Shown: piece after piece, positions 19,368 through 29,981 of the stretch
Layout: the number at the start of each line of letters is the position of its first letter
Numbering within the stretch: the first letter of the stretch is position 1
NCBI GenBank assembly: GCA_030148725.1
Contig: JASBSU010000003.1
Coordinates: 31,553 to 95,552 of the forward strand
Direction of reading: 5' to 3'
Origin: Hyphomicrobium sp.
GTDB lineage: Bacteria; Pseudomonadota; Alphaproteobacteria; Rhizobiales; Hyphomicrobiaceae
DNA: 64,000 nucleotides
The notes under the pieces: model-generated
The model's input: only the letters and a program-made list of their open reading frames with translations
Told to the model about the DNA's origin: nothing
The model's database searches: none
Program-made: the position numbers and the translations under genes

Positions 19368-19868
19368 CTAACCCAGCGAACGGTCGATCATCGAGCACAG
19401 CGTCGCCGCGCTCGATTTATCGTGCTGGGGAGGAATGTCCTCGACGTTCAGCACCTTGACCACGCCATCCTTGACCAGCATCGCATAACGCTTCGAGCGC
19501 AGTCCGAGACCGAACTGCCCCAGGTCGATGTCGAGCCCGATGGCCTTGGCGAAGTCGCCGCTGCCGTCCGCCAGCATCACGATCTTGCCTTCCGCGCCGG
19601 TGGCCTTCGCAAACTCCGTCAGCACGAAGATGTCGTTCACCGCCGTACAGGCGATCGTGTCGATGCCCTTGGCCCGCAGCTCGGCAGCCCGATCCACGAA
19701 CCCGGGAACATGCTGCTGCTGGCACGTCGGCGTGAACGCACCCGGAACGGCAAACAGCGCGACCGTCTTGCCGGCGAAGATTTCGCTCGTCGATTTCTTT
19801 GCCGGACCATCTGCCGTCATGACCGTGAAGCCGGTGTCCGGCAGTGCGTCGCCTACCTTGATCGTCAT
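19368..19868 (-). CDS. Peroxiredoxin, Prx5 type
   Basis: PGAFTPTC peroxidatic motif, VNDIFV, GLRSKRY. Confidence 0.9.
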   Translation of the reverse strand: MTIKVGDALPDTGFTVMTADGPAKKSTSEIFAGKTVALFAVPGAFTPTCQQQHVPGFVDRAAELRAKGIDTIACTAVNDIFVLTEFAKATGAEGKIVMLADGSGDFAKAIGLDIDLGQFGLGLRSKRYAMLVKDGVVKVLNVEDIPPQHDKSSAATLCSMIDRSLG

Positions 19869-19926
19869 CTGTGTTCCTCGGTGGGATAGGGGTTCAAAGT
19901 CAAAGACGCGCCTGGCGCGCGGCCGT

Positions 19927-20757
19927 TCACTGAAGCGTCACAGCCTCTTCCGACTGCCCCTTATCGGAGACGATCGTTACGGTAAGGGGCTTACCCTTCA
20001 GTGCAGCCAAATCGACATCACGGCTGAGATCGACCTCGAATGTCAGCAGGCCCTTGCCGTCGTCCGCGACCTTTTTCGGCAGCGGCACATAGAGGCCATC
20101 CGGAGCATCGATGAAGACATCTGCGTGCTCGGCGCCAGCAGGAAATTCGGTCTCGAGCACGAGGCGTGGCTTCGCTCCGTCCAGCTCCGCAGCACTGCGC
20201 TTCAATACGGGATCGCCCTCGCGCCGAGCTTTGAGCGGCGCCGGGACTTTGGTCAGCGCCTCGACGAGATCTTCCGGCATCGGGGTACCGGGCGGCAACG
20301 TAAGCGCGAGCTTGGCCTCCGCCGGAATGCAGATGTCCTTGCACACGCCATAGTCCATGGAGATTTTCACATCGATCGGCTTGGAAGGATCCTTCGGCTT
20401 GAGACGCACCGGGAATGTGACGTCGCCTTTGTAGCCAACGGTTTCACCGGATTGATCCGAGAACCGCTTTGGCGCCGGATAGAGCACCTCAGCACTCTCG
20501 AGGTTCTCCGAACCCGACCAGTCGAACGCGGGCGGTACGCCACCGGCGTCCCCCGGCGAGCGCCAATAGGTTTTCCAGCCCTCCGGAAGCTGCAGCTCGA
20601 TGCCAGCCATGTCCGCCCCGCCGATCAACCGCGCACGTGAATTGTGCCCCTCGACCCAGTCGGACGCGATCTCCGTAGCGCTTGCAGCGCCTGCCAGTAT
20701 GACCAACGCGGCAAGACCGCCGAACAGTTTGCCGGGAGCATTTGGAAATCTACGCAT
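19927..20757 (-). CDS. Exported DsbD N-terminal-domain protein
   Basis: Signal peptide, GWKTYWRSPGDAG, GVCKDICIP. Confidence 0.8.
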   Translation of the reverse strand: MRRFPNAPGKLFGGLAALVILAGAASATEIASDWVEGHNSRARLIGGADMAGIELQLPEGWKTYWRSPGDAGGVPPAFDWSGSENLESAEVLYPAPKRFSDQSGETVGYKGDVTFPVRLKPKDPSKPIDVKISMDYGVCKDICIPAEAKLALTLPPGTPMPEDLVEALTKVPAPLKARREGDPVLKRSAAELDGAKPRLVLETEFPAGAEHADVFIDAPDGLYVPLPKKVADDGKGLLTFEVDLSRDVDLAALKGKPLTVTIVSDKGQSEEAVTLQ

Positions 20758-20938
20758 TCATAGTTCCCCACTGGCCAAGATCACGCGCTTCGCGAAGCGT
20801 TGTAGCGCCTCGCTGCTCACTGGCAAATGACGCAGTTCGAACAAATTGGACGAACTGCCCAATAACTGGGCCCATGGTGTCCGACGCCCGCTATTTGACG
20901 GCTTCACACACCCGCCCTCAGCACGATAATCTCGCCCG

Positions 20939-21553
20939 ATGAACATCAAACGCCCCGGCCTCAACCGCGCTTCACCCGAAGGCTACCTCGATGGTCAGCT
21001 GCTCGTGGCGATGCCGGTCATGTCCGACCAGCGTTTTGCGCGGTCGGTCATTTACATGTGCGCGCACTCGGAAGACGGTGCGATGGGCCTGATCATCAAT
21101 CAGCGCGCTTCCCACATTTCGTTTCCCGATCTGCTCGAACGTCTCGGCATCCTGTCGCCGGAGGACGAGACCGGCAGCTTGAGCGTCGGGAACATGTCGA
21201 TCCATGTCGGAGGTCCGGTGGAGACGGGACGCGGTTTCGTACTTCACAGCTCCGACTATTACGCCGACGACTCCACATTGCCGATCGAAGACGGTGTCTG
21301 TCTTACGGCAACGATCGACATCCTGAAGGCCATCGCGGCCGGCAACGGCCCCAACCGTGCGTTGCTGGCGCTTGGCTATGCCGGCTGGTCGCCGGGCCAG
21401 CTCGAAAGCGAGATCCAGGCCAACGGCTGGCTGAACTGTCCAGCCGATCCCGATCTCATCTTCGATCCGAACCTCGAAGCGAAGTACGCGCGGGCGCTGG
21501 CCAAGATCGGCATCGACCCCTCGCATCTCGTGGCCGACGCCGGCCACGCCTGA
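20939..21553 (+). CDS. YqgE/AlgH family protein
   Basis: [43 protein letters not shown]. Confidence 0.92.
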   Translation: MNIKRPGLNRASPEGYLDGQLLVAMPVMSDQRFARSVIYMCAHSEDGAMGLIINQRASHISFPDLLERLGILSPEDETGSLSVGNMSIHVGGPVETGRGFVLHSSDYYADDSTLPIEDGVCLTATIDILKAIAAGNGPNRALLALGYAGWSPGQLESEIQANGWLNCPADPDLIFDPNLEAKYARALAKIGIDPSHLVADAGHA

Positions 21554-21691
21554 GCCCGAGCTCATCGAACACGACGAAAGCGAACTTGCGCACAGCCCTG
21601 AGCTAATCGCGTTGCTTGAGCGCTCGCGAGATCGGCGCTGGCGCCGCGGCTTGCCGAGAGCGAACCAAGCTCCCACCTGATCGTGCTCGCG

Positions 21692-24600
21692 CTAGCCGCC
21701 TTCGCCAGGCGGCGGCCAGGGCACGCCCGCAAGCTTTGCGAGGCTCTCCGCCATGGCCGGCGGCAGTCCGGAGAAATCCGGCTTCGGCTTCTGCGGTACC
21801 GGCTTGGCTCCGTTCGGCGTCCCCGGCGCGGATTGATGCGCGGCCTGCGGCGCACGGGCGCCCGGGTGCGATGGAGGCGCCTGCGGACCGGGCTGCGGCA
21901 TCTGCGGTGGATGCATGTCCGGCTGATGCATCGGCGCGCCTGGCATCGGTGGCATCGGCTCGTCGGTCATCGCCGCGACCAGCGGATTGGCGTCCGGCAT
22001 CATCGGCTGCATCGACGGTTGGCCGAAGTGCTCGAACTGTGGCCCACCGTTCATGACAGGCGGCGGAACATGCATCTGCCCAGCATGCTCGAACTGCCCC
22101 GCCGGATGATCGACCGGCGGCGGACTGAACTGATCGAAATGCAGCGGCGGTGGCGCAGCCGCTCCGTCAGGCGGCGGCGGCTCGAAATCGAATGTCGGCG
22201 GCGCATTGAATACGGGCGGATGCTCCGCATGCATCGGCGGCGGCATTCCCATTGGCGGATGCTCGCCCATTTGTGAATGCTCGAAGTCACCCGACGCGCC
22301 GTTCGCATGGTGCGCATGCTGCATCGGCGGTGGCCCAGGCGGCCCCGCATGCGGTGCTGGCGGCGGCAAACCGCCTCCGTTGGCAGCCGGCGTACGCGTC
22401 ATCCGCCCGAGCACCGACCCGGGGCGAGGGCGTGCCCGCGCTCCGGCGCCATTTGATGCCCCATTCGGTATCGCAGCTGGCTGCGGAGGGAGCGGAGGCT
22501 GCACGCTGATCTGCTGCGGTATGGACTGCTGCGGGACGAACTCCGCCTGCTCGGCCTCCTCCGGCATCACATCCGCATCGTTTGTTTTCTTGCCGCGCTG
22601 CTTGCCCTTCGTTTTCGCGCGGAACAGTCCGCGCGGGCGCAGCTTATTCTCGGCGGTGCGCACCATCTTGAGGAGTTGCAGCACGTCGCGGTCCGACATC
22701 GGCTCGCCGTAGTAGAAGCCCTGCGCATATTGACAGTTGATGGAGCGCAGGAATGCCACGTCCTCGGCGTTCTCGACACCCTCGGCGACGACGCTCTTTC
22801 CGAGCTCGTGCGCCAGCGCCACGATCGACCGCACGATTGCCGAACCCGCACCGCCGCTCTCGCCATGCGCCTGCACCAGCGCCCGATCGATTTTGATTGT
22901 GTCGAACGGAAAACGCTGCAGATAGGCAAGCGAGGAATAGCCGGTGCCGAAATCATCCAGCGCCAGTTCTGCACCTGCCCCGCGCAGCCACTCCAGGATC
23001 TCCGTCGCCTGCTCCGGATTTTCCATCACCAGGCTCTCGGTCACCTCCAACCGCAGCGAGCCTTTCGGCACGATGTTGCGGCCGAGAATGTGCCGAATCT
23101 CCTGGATGAGATTCTGCCGGAATATCTGCCGGCTCGAGATGTTGACGGAAACGAACAGCGGGCGCTCTTCGCGCGGAAGCTCTCGCTGCCAGCGGGCCGC
23201 CTCATGCGCCGCCCTCAGCAGCACATGCGATCCGAGCCGCACGATTAGGTCTGATTGCTCGGCGACCGGAATGAATTCGACCGGGCTCATCAACCCGCGC
23301 TTGGGATGCTCCCACCGCACCAGCGCCTCGAAGCCAGCAAGCTCCTCGGTCGGTAGGTAGATGATCGGCTGATAGAGAACCTTGATCTGGTTCTTCGCCA
23401 GCGCCTTCCTGAGATCGCTTTCGAGCGCCACGCGGTCGTCGCGATCCGAGCGCATCTCCGGCCGGAATATCTCGATGCGGTCCGCCCCCCCGCGCTTGGC
23501 GCGGTACATCGCGATCTCGGCTTCCTTGTAAAGGTCGAGATGCGTCGGCGTCTGCCCGTCATAGACGGCAATGCCGATCGAGCCCGTCAGCACGATCTCC
23601 TGGCCGGCGATCTTGATCGGCGTGCGCAGCGACCGCCGCACGCGCTCCGCCAGACCGGCCAGATCCTGCGGGCTGATTTCCGAAACAAGCAGGATCGCAA
23701 ACTGATCGCCACCGACCCGCGCCAACGTATCCTGCGGTCCAAGGTGGCTCTGCAGGCGCCGCGCCACTGTGAGCAGCAGGCTGTCTCCCACAACGAGGCC
23801 GAACGAGACGTTGACGCTCTTGAACTTGTCGATGTCGATGAAGATCACGCCGGGGCGAACGCCGGCTTCGCTCTTCGTACGCCCGACGGCAACCCCGAGC
23901 CGGTCCAGCACCAGCTCGCGATTGGGCAGACCGGTGAGGCTGTCGTGCACGGCGTCGTGCAACAGGCGCTCATGCGCACGCTTGGCGTCCGTCACGTCCC
24001 GGACAAGCCCGACGCAGCGCATCGCGCGCGCATCGGCATTGGGAACGCTTGCCGCCTCTAGTTCGAACCAGCGGTAGCTGTTGTCCGAGTGGCGCACCCG
24101 GAACTCCGTGCGAATACGCGCCCAGGTTCGTTCCTGGATCGACCACAGGATCATGCGGAAGCGTTCGCGGTCAGCCGGATGCAGGTGTTTGCAGAAGTCA
24201 TCGACCTTCGTGCACAGCTCGCCCGGATTGAGGCCAAGCGAAGCTTCGATCCCCTGGCCGACCATGATCTCGTCGCGCCGCGCGTTCCATTCCCAAACCG
24301 CCGACCCGGCACCGTCGACTGCCAGCGCCCGCAACTGCAGTTCGCTCGGCGCCGCACCGAACAGCGGCTCTAGGGATCGGAACGCGAACTGCGTCACCGT
24401 AAATCCGATCAGAATGAGGATGAGCACCAGGCCCGAGACCAGTCCCTGCACGGCCGCATCGCCCTGCAGACGCCCGGTCAGGACCATCGCGGCGCCGAAT
24501 ATCCAGATGAGGAACAAGATCCACGTCGGGATCAGTGACAGCGCCCGGTCCTGGCCCCGCAAGGCGAGGAACAGCGCGAACGCTCCGCCGACCGCACCGA

Positions 24601-25576
24601 TGATCACGAAGGACATGCGCGCGAACGTCGACGCGAGCCGCGGATCGATCACCGCCACCGCAACAAGGGTCAGCTGGGCGATGATCCACACCGTGAACAG
24701 CATGCGTATGAGGCCGTGCCAGAACGCGATGCGCAAGAACACCGATATGAAGATGACGAGACTGGCCGCCACCGCAGATTCGCTCGCCGCTCGATAGACG
24801 GCGTTGTCCTCTGGTTTGAGCTGGAACAGCTTATGGAAAAAGCCGAAGTCGACACACAGGTAGGCCAGCACGCACCACGAAACGAGCGCAGCGCTCGGGA
24901 AGATGGCCTTGTGGTTCGCGGCGAAGATGGCCGTCAGGAAGATCGCGAGCAGACCCGTCAGACCGATCAGGATGCCGTTCATCAGCAGCCGGTCGCGCGA
25001 GTAGAGCTCGTACTCCAGCGGCTTCCAGAGGTAGAGACGCGCGAGCCGGTCTGACGACAGCTCGACTACATAGGTCACCGTCTGGCCCGGCTCGATGGTG
25101 ATGCGGAAAATGTCCGCGCGGTCGCTTTTGATGCGCTCCGGAACGAAGCCCATCGACGGCGTCACCGCCTCGATGCGTTGAGCGTCGAGGTCCGGCCACA
25201 CCGCACCCGATCCGACGATGCTGTAGCGCGCCGCCGTCAGCCACCGCTCAACCGGCTTGTCGGTCGGATTGGTGAGCGCGAACACCAGCCAGTTCGGACT
25301 GGTCCCCGGCGTTTTCGCGGTGACGGAGATGCGACCGGTCATGCCGTCGGCGGCCGGAGCCGTCTCGACCTGCAGGCTGTCGCCGCGAGAATCGTAGAAC
25401 TCACCCAGCGTCGTCACCTCGACGCGGTCCTGGTCGGGTTCGATGACGATCGGCTTCAGCGCCCATGCGCGGCCGGGCAGCGCGACGATCATCAATAGGA
25501 TGGCGAGCACGAGATAGCCGCCGGCGCCTAAGCCCACGGCCCTCGAAATGCCCGCTCTTCCAGAGCCCGCCCTCAT
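21692..25576 (-). CDS. Membrane sensor PAS-GGDEF-EAL c-di-GMP phosphodiesterase with a long Pro-rich C-terminal tail
   Basis: Periplasmic domain plus several TM helices, PAS, GGDQF, EALVRW, DDFGTGYSS, AEGVE; low-complexity tail of about 300 aa. Confidence 0.88.
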   Translation of the reverse strand: MRAGSGRAGISRAVGLGAGGYLVLAILLMIVALPGRAWALKPIVIEPDQDRVEVTTLGEFYDSRGDSLQVETAPAADGMTGRISVTAKTPGTSPNWLVFALTNPTDKPVERWLTAARYSIVGSGAVWPDLDAQRIEAVTPSMGFVPERIKSDRADIFRITIEPGQTVTYVVELSSDRLARLYLWKPLEYELYSRDRLLMNGILIGLTGLLAIFLTAIFAANHKAIFPSAALVSWCVLAYLCVDFGFFHKLFQLKPEDNAVYRAASESAVAASLVIFISVFLRIAFWHGLIRMLFTVWIIAQLTLVAVAVIDPRLASTFARMSFVIIGAVGGAFALFLALRGQDRALSLIPTWILFLIWIFGAAMVLTGRLQGDAAVQGLVSGLVLILILIGFTVTQFAFRSLEPLFGAAPSELQLRALAVDGAGSAVWEWNARRDEIMVGQGIEASLGLNPGELCTKVDDFCKHLHPADRERFRMILWSIQERTWARIRTEFRVRHSDNSYRWFELEAASVPNADARAMRCVGLVRDVTDAKRAHERLLHDAVHDSLTGLPNRELVLDRLGVAVGRTKSEAGVRPGVIFIDIDKFKSVNVSFGLVVGDSLLLTVARRLQSHLGPQDTLARVGGDQFAILLVSEISPQDLAGLAERVRRSLRTPIKIAGQEIVLTGSIGIAVYDGQTPTHLDLYKEAEIAMYRAKRGGADRIEIFRPEMRSDRDDRVALESDLRKALAKNQIKVLYQPIIYLPTEELAGFEALVRWEHPKRGLMSPVEFIPVAEQSDLIVRLGSHVLLRAAHEAARWQRELPREERPLFVSVNISSRQIFRQNLIQEIRHILGRNIVPKGSLRLEVTESLVMENPEQATEILEWLRGAGAELALDDFGTGYSSLAYLQRFPFDTIKIDRALVQAHGESGGAGSAIVRSIVALAHELGKSVVAEGVENAEDVAFLRSINCQYAQGFYYGEPMSDRDVLQLLKMVRTAENKLRPRGLFRAKTKGKQRGKKTNDADVMPEEAEQAEFVPQQSIPQQISVQPPLPPQPAAIPNGASNGAGARARPRPGSVLGRMTRTPAANGGGLPPPAPHAGPPGPPPMQHAHHANGASGDFEHSQMGEHPPMGMPPPMHAEHPPVFNAPPTFDFEPPPPDGAAAPPPLHFDQFSPPPVDHPAGQFEHAGQMHVPPPVMNGGPQFEHFGQPSMQPMMPDANPLVAAMTDEPMPPMPGAPMHQPDMHPPQMPQPGPQAPPSHPGARAPQAAHQSAPGTPNGAKPVPQKPKPDFSGLPPAMAESLAKLAGVPWPPPGEGG

Positions 25577-26187
25577 GCGTCGGGCACCCCCGCGCTATTT
25601 TCCGAGCGCGCATCGCCATTGATCAGCCCGTGCAGAAGATGGTCCTCCCACACGCCGTTGATCTTCAGCAGCTGCCGCGCGAAACCTTCGCGGCGAAACC
25701 CATTGTGCTCCAGCACCCGGATCGAGGCGATGTTGCTTGGCATCGTTGCCGCTTCCAGCCGGTGCAGGTGCAGCGTGTCGAAGCCGAAGCTGACCGCCGC
25801 CCGCAGCGCCTCGGTCATGAAGCCCTGGCCCGTGTGCGGCTTGCCGATCCAGTACCCGAGCACGCCCGCCTGCGTGACGCCTCGGCGCACATTGGAAAGC
25901 GTCAGCCCACCCACCAGCCGATCGTCGGACTCGGCGAAGATCAGGAACGCGTATCCGAGATCCTCGCGTGCCTCGCGCTGATAGTGCCGGACACGCCGGC
26001 GAAAAGCGCTGCGCGAAAGCTCATCGCGCTGCCACTGCGGCTCCCAAGGCGTCAGATGATCCCGGCTCATGGCCCTGAGCTCGGCCCAGGCGACATAATC
26101 CGCCATCGCGGGCGCGCGCATCCACACGCTGCGGCCTCGCAGCGTCAGCGATGCTTCGTGCCCGGACGAGGATCGCAGGAATGCCAC
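25573..26187 (-). CDS. rimJ: RimJ/RimL family N-acetyltransferase
   Basis: W.ELR..SR..L.PWEP, LSNVRRGV.Q...LGYW, EG.AR..LKING.W.DH. Confidence 0.8.
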   Translation of the reverse strand: MAFLRSSSGHEASLTLRGRSVWMRAPAMADYVAWAELRAMSRDHLTPWEPQWQRDELSRSAFRRRVRHYQREAREDLGYAFLIFAESDDRLVGGLTLSNVRRGVTQAGVLGYWIGKPHTGQGFMTEALRAAVSFGFDTLHLHRLEAATMPSNIASIRVLEHNGFRREGFARQLLKINGVWEDHLLHGLINGDARSENSAGVPDA

Positions 26188-26207
26188 CGCTGACGTCCCC
26201 CGAGAGT

Positions 26208-27476
26208 TCAGTTGCGAACCAGTTCTGCGGCCCGCTCCGCAAACTTGCGAGAGCGCCGGCCGCTACCGACCACCGACACCGACAACCCGCCCTCGATGAG
26301 CTCGGCTGCAAAATCACGCACGTCTTCGGCGCTCACGGCATCGACCTTCGCCATCAGATCCTCGTTGCTGAGGACACGGTTGTGCGTCAGCAGATGCCGC
26401 GCCAGCTGCTCGGCACGCGCGGAGCTGCTTTCCAGGCTCATCAGGAGCCCAGCCTTGAGCTGAGCCTTCGAACGCTGCAACTCTGCCGCCGTTGGCGGAG
26501 CATCGCCTGCTCGCTTCAACTCCACGCCGATCACGTCGATGAGCTGGCTCATCAGTCCTGCCCCTGTCGCTGCGTGAATTCCGAACATTCCCGCGTCACG
26601 CAAACCCCACGTCGTTGAGTAGATCGCGTAGCAGAGGCCGCGCTTCTCACGCACCTCTTGAAACAATCGGGACGACATGCCCCCACCGAATAGCCCGGAA
26701 AAGACCTGCGCGGTGAAAAACGCCTCATCCCTGTACGAGGGACCGGGAAAACCGATCAGGAGATGGCTCTGCTCGAAGGGCTTCTCCGAAACGCGCACGC
26801 CCCCGACGTATTTCGCCGGCCGTTCTCCCGTTGTTCGCTTCTCGTCAGTGAGCCCTCCGAATAGGGCTTCAGCGTGGCGGACGAGTTTTTCGTGGCGGAC
26901 AGCGCCTGCCGCGGAAATCACCATGTTTCCAGGACCATAGCGCCTGCCTAAGAAGCGCTTGAGGTCGCCGGCGGTGAAGCTCGACACGCTTTCCGGCGTG
27001 CCGAGAATCGGACGCCCGACCGACTGCTCCGGAAACGCCGCGTCGTGCAGAAGATCATAGCCGATGTCGTCCGGACTATCGCGTGTGGCGGCGATCTCCT
27101 GCAGGATCACCTGCCGCTCGCCTTCCAGCTCCGGCCGGCCGAATGCAGAGTTCTGCAGAATGTCGGCGATGATGCCGAGCGCGACGCCCTCGTCGCCCTT
27201 CAGGATGCGCGCGTAGTAGGCCGTCGTCTCCATGCTGGTGGCAGCATTGAGCTCACCGCCGACCTCCTCGATCTCCTCGGCGATCTGCTGGGCCGTCCGC
27301 TGCCGCGTGCCCTTGAAGGCCATGTGCTCGAGCAAATGCGAAATGCCGTGCTCGCGGTCGCTCTCATGGCGCGCACCGGTGCCGACCCAAAGCCCGAGGG
27401 ATACCGTTTCGAGATGAGGCATGTTGTCGGTGACAACCCGCAGCCCGTTGCCGAGCGTGGACACCTTGATGCTCAT
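26208..27476 (-). CDS. M16 (pitrilysin-family) zinc peptidase
   Basis: HLLEHMAFKGT (HXXEH), NAATS.E.T.YY, GGGMSSRLFQEVREKRGLCY; start MSIKV at 27476 overlaps the thrC stop. Confidence 0.92.
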   Translation of the reverse strand: MSIKVSTLGNGLRVVTDNMPHLETVSLGLWVGTGARHESDREHGISHLLEHMAFKGTRQRTAQQIAEEIEEVGGELNAATSMETTAYYARILKGDEGVALGIIADILQNSAFGRPELEGERQVILQEIAATRDSPDDIGYDLLHDAAFPEQSVGRPILGTPESVSSFTAGDLKRFLGRRYGPGNMVISAAGAVRHEKLVRHAEALFGGLTDEKRTTGERPAKYVGGVRVSEKPFEQSHLLIGFPGPSYRDEAFFTAQVFSGLFGGGMSSRLFQEVREKRGLCYAIYSTTWGLRDAGMFGIHAATGAGLMSQLIDVIGVELKRAGDAPPTAAELQRSKAQLKAGLLMSLESSSARAEQLARHLLTHNRVLSNEDLMAKVDAVSAEDVRDFAAELIEGGLSVSVVGSGRRSRKFAERAAELVRN

Positions 27477-28885
27477 CCGCGGCGCTCCTGAACCGCTCGC
27501 GTCAGAGCTTCGATGTGCCCCTCGGCGACCCCGATATCGTTGTCGATCGTGGTGAAGTGCTCCTCGTCGGTCATCAGGCTCCCAAGGTGCTCCGGCAGCC
27601 CCGGCCGCACCCCTGTGATGGCCTGCATGGCGTCCGGGAACTTGGCCGGATGCGCGGTCGAAAGAACGATCTGCGGCACCGACGGGTCCTCGCTGAGCGC
27701 ACGCTCGGCCGCAACGATGGCACACGCGGTGTGAGGATCGGCGATGTAGCCGCTTTGCGCCTTCGTGCGAACGATCGCTTCGGCCACATCCTGCTCGCTC
27801 GCCGCCGCAGCACCAAATTCGCGCCGCATCGCTGCGCCGAGCGGACCGAGATCGAAGCTCCCGGTTTCCTTCAAGGCGCGCATCTTGGCGCGGATCAACG
27901 GAGCATCGCGGCCCGACGCCTCGAACAGATACCGCTCGAAGTTCGACGAGATCTGAATGTCCATCGATGGCGATGACGTCGCGACGACCTCGCGCATCTC
28001 GTAGCTGCCGGCGTGCAGCGTGCGCGGCAGGATGTCGTTGACGTTCGATGCGATGACCAGCTTCTCGATCGGCAGTCCCATCCGCTTGGCGACGTATCCG
28101 GCGAAGATGTCGCCGAAGTTTCCGGTCGGCACCACGAACGACACCGGACGGTGTGGCGCTCCGAGCGCCACTGCCGCGACGAAGTAGTACGTCACCTGAC
28201 CTGCAATGCGCGCCCAGTTGATAGAGTTGACGCCCGCCAGCCCGACCCGGTCGCGGAAGCTGTGATCGTTGAACATGGCCTTCACGAGCGCCTGGCAATC
28301 ATCGAAGTTGCCACGCACCGAGATCGCGTGAACGTTGGTTTCGGTCGGCGTCGTCATCATGCGACGCTGCACGTCCGAGACCCGCCCTTCCGGGAACAGG
28401 ATCGCGATGTCGACATGCGGCGAGCCGCGGAAAGCTTCGATCGCCGCGCCGCCCGTATCGCCGGAAGTCGCGCCGACGATGGTCGCCCGCTCCCGGCGCG
28501 CTGCAAGCACGCGGTCCATCAGACGGGCGAGCAACTGCATCGCCACATCCTTGAACGCCAGCGTCGGCCCGTGGAAAAGTTCGAGCACCCAGCGGTTCTG
28601 GCCGACCTGCACCAGCGGCGTCACGGCGGGATGTGCAAAGCGCGCGTACGCCTCCGAAGCCATGCGGCGCAGCTCATCGCGCGGGATTGCGCCACCGGTG
28701 AAAGGCTGGATCACCTCGACGGCCACATCGGCGAAAGGCATGCCGGCGAACGAGGCGATGGTCTCCGGCGACAGGGTCGGCCAGACCTGCGGCACGTAGA
28801 GGCCCCCGTCGCGCGCCAGCCCGGCCAGCACGACGTCCTCAAAGCCCAGTGGAGGGGCCTCACCTCTGGTCGAGATGTAGTTCAA
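27473..28885 (-). CDS. thrC: Threonine synthase
   Basis: YISTRG, GLARDGGLY, ELFHGPTLAFKD, ATSGDTG, NSINWARI, PTGNFGD, STAHPAKF; TTG start with GGAG RBS. Confidence 0.95.
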   Translation of the reverse strand: MNYISTRGEAPPLGFEDVVLAGLARDGGLYVPQVWPTLSPETIASFAGMPFADVAVEVIQPFTGGAIPRDELRRMASEAYARFAHPAVTPLVQVGQNRWVLELFHGPTLAFKDVAMQLLARLMDRVLAARRERATIVGATSGDTGGAAIEAFRGSPHVDIAILFPEGRVSDVQRRMMTTPTETNVHAISVRGNFDDCQALVKAMFNDHSFRDRVGLAGVNSINWARIAGQVTYYFVAAVALGAPHRPVSFVVPTGNFGDIFAGYVAKRMGLPIEKLVIASNVNDILPRTLHAGSYEMREVVATSSPSMDIQISSNFERYLFEASGRDAPLIRAKMRALKETGSFDLGPLGAAMRREFGAAAASEQDVAEAIVRTKAQSGYIADPHTACAIVAAERALSEDPSVPQIVLSTAHPAKFPDAMQAITGVRPGLPEHLGSLMTDEEHFTTIDNDIGVAEGHIEALTRAVQERRG

Positions 28886-29190
28886 AGCAAACCAAACTCC
28901 TTGCGGCGGGTGCATAAAGCACCCCGCACGTGCAGTGATCGGGAGGGCCGCCTTCCGGCAACAGACCGCGGCATCAACACCCCCGACCTCGATCACACCG
29001 GTAAGCTATTGATTCCAGTGCAGCTTCGAGAACGAGGATCGATGTGGCCCCGCTGAGTGGGTCCCTGCGGTTCCCACAATCGGGACACTAGTGCCGTGGC
29101 CCCCGAGCGACAAGCAACCACCGGCCTCGCGGCATGGGCTCCGCACAGTCTTGTGTCAGTTAACCCCAACGCCAGCGGATCGATATGTCG

Positions 29191-29934
29191 CTATCGGGCT
29201 GCCGGAGATCGTAAGCGAACGGCTGCGAAGGCGATGAAAACCGCAAAAAGCGCCGCAGCTAGCCCGTACCATGTCATTGCGTATTCGAGATGCCGATTGG
29301 GCAGCGTCAGCCGCGTCACGCCGCCACTCGGCCATCCACCTGGCGGTTTGGGCTCTGCCTCCGCGTCAACGATGAAGCGATGCACGCGCGCAGCATCGCC
29401 TTCCGCCGCTGCCGCCATCGCATCGACGTCGCGCCAGTACCAGATGTTGCGGGCCACATCGTTCGAGGGAATGAACATGCCCTGCTGGTCAGGATGCCTG
29501 ACGAGCCCGGTCACGGTCACGTCACCCGTCAGCTGCCCGGCAGCACGCCGCGCTGGATCTTTCAGGTCGTTTGGCACGAACCCGCGATTGACCAGCACGA
29601 TATCGCCGCCGGCAAGCCGCATCGGCGTGATCACGTGGAAGCCCGGCGCCCCAGCGTCGCTCAAAGCGTAGAGATGGATCTCTCGGTCGTTGTCGAACAC
29701 GCCGTTGAACGAAACCCGCGTATATTCGATGTCGCCACCCTCGCGCGCCCGCTCTTCCACGACAGCAGGCGACACAGGCTTGGCATGCACGCGCTCGGCG
29801 ATGGAACCGAGCAACCCCTGCTTCCACGCAAGCCGCTGCATCTGCCACGTCCCAAGACCGATCAGCAGCGCGACCCCGACGAGGGTTGCGACACCAGCCA
29901 GAACGAGGCCCTTGTCTCGAAATGCCGCCAGCAC
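29191..29934 (-). CDS. SURF1 family cytochrome oxidase biogenesis protein
   Basis: LGTWQMQRLAWK, VNRGFVP, NRHLEYAMTWYGLA. Confidence 0.92.
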   Translation of the reverse strand: MLAAFRDKGLVLAGVATLVGVALLIGLGTWQMQRLAWKQGLLGSIAERVHAKPVSPAVVEERAREGGDIEYTRVSFNGVFDNDREIHLYALSDAGAPGFHVITPMRLAGGDIVLVNRGFVPNDLKDPARRAAGQLTGDVTVTGLVRHPDQQGMFIPSNDVARNIWYWRDVDAMAAAAEGDAARVHRFIVDAEAEPKPPGGWPSGGVTRLTLPNRHLEYAMTWYGLAAALFAVFIAFAAVRLRSPAAR

Positions 29935-29981
29935 GCTAGTGCGACCTGGAACGGATGCCGGCGATGAGCACGCCCTGTTGA

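Noticed and set aside
19528-20640. 370-aa plus-strand ORF
   Set aside because: Antisense to the peroxiredoxin and DsbD-N genes
27477-28298. N-terminal extension of the M16 peptidase ORF (696 aa in the track)
   Set aside because: Alternate-frame overlap with thrC; the recognisable peptidase begins at MSIKV (27476)
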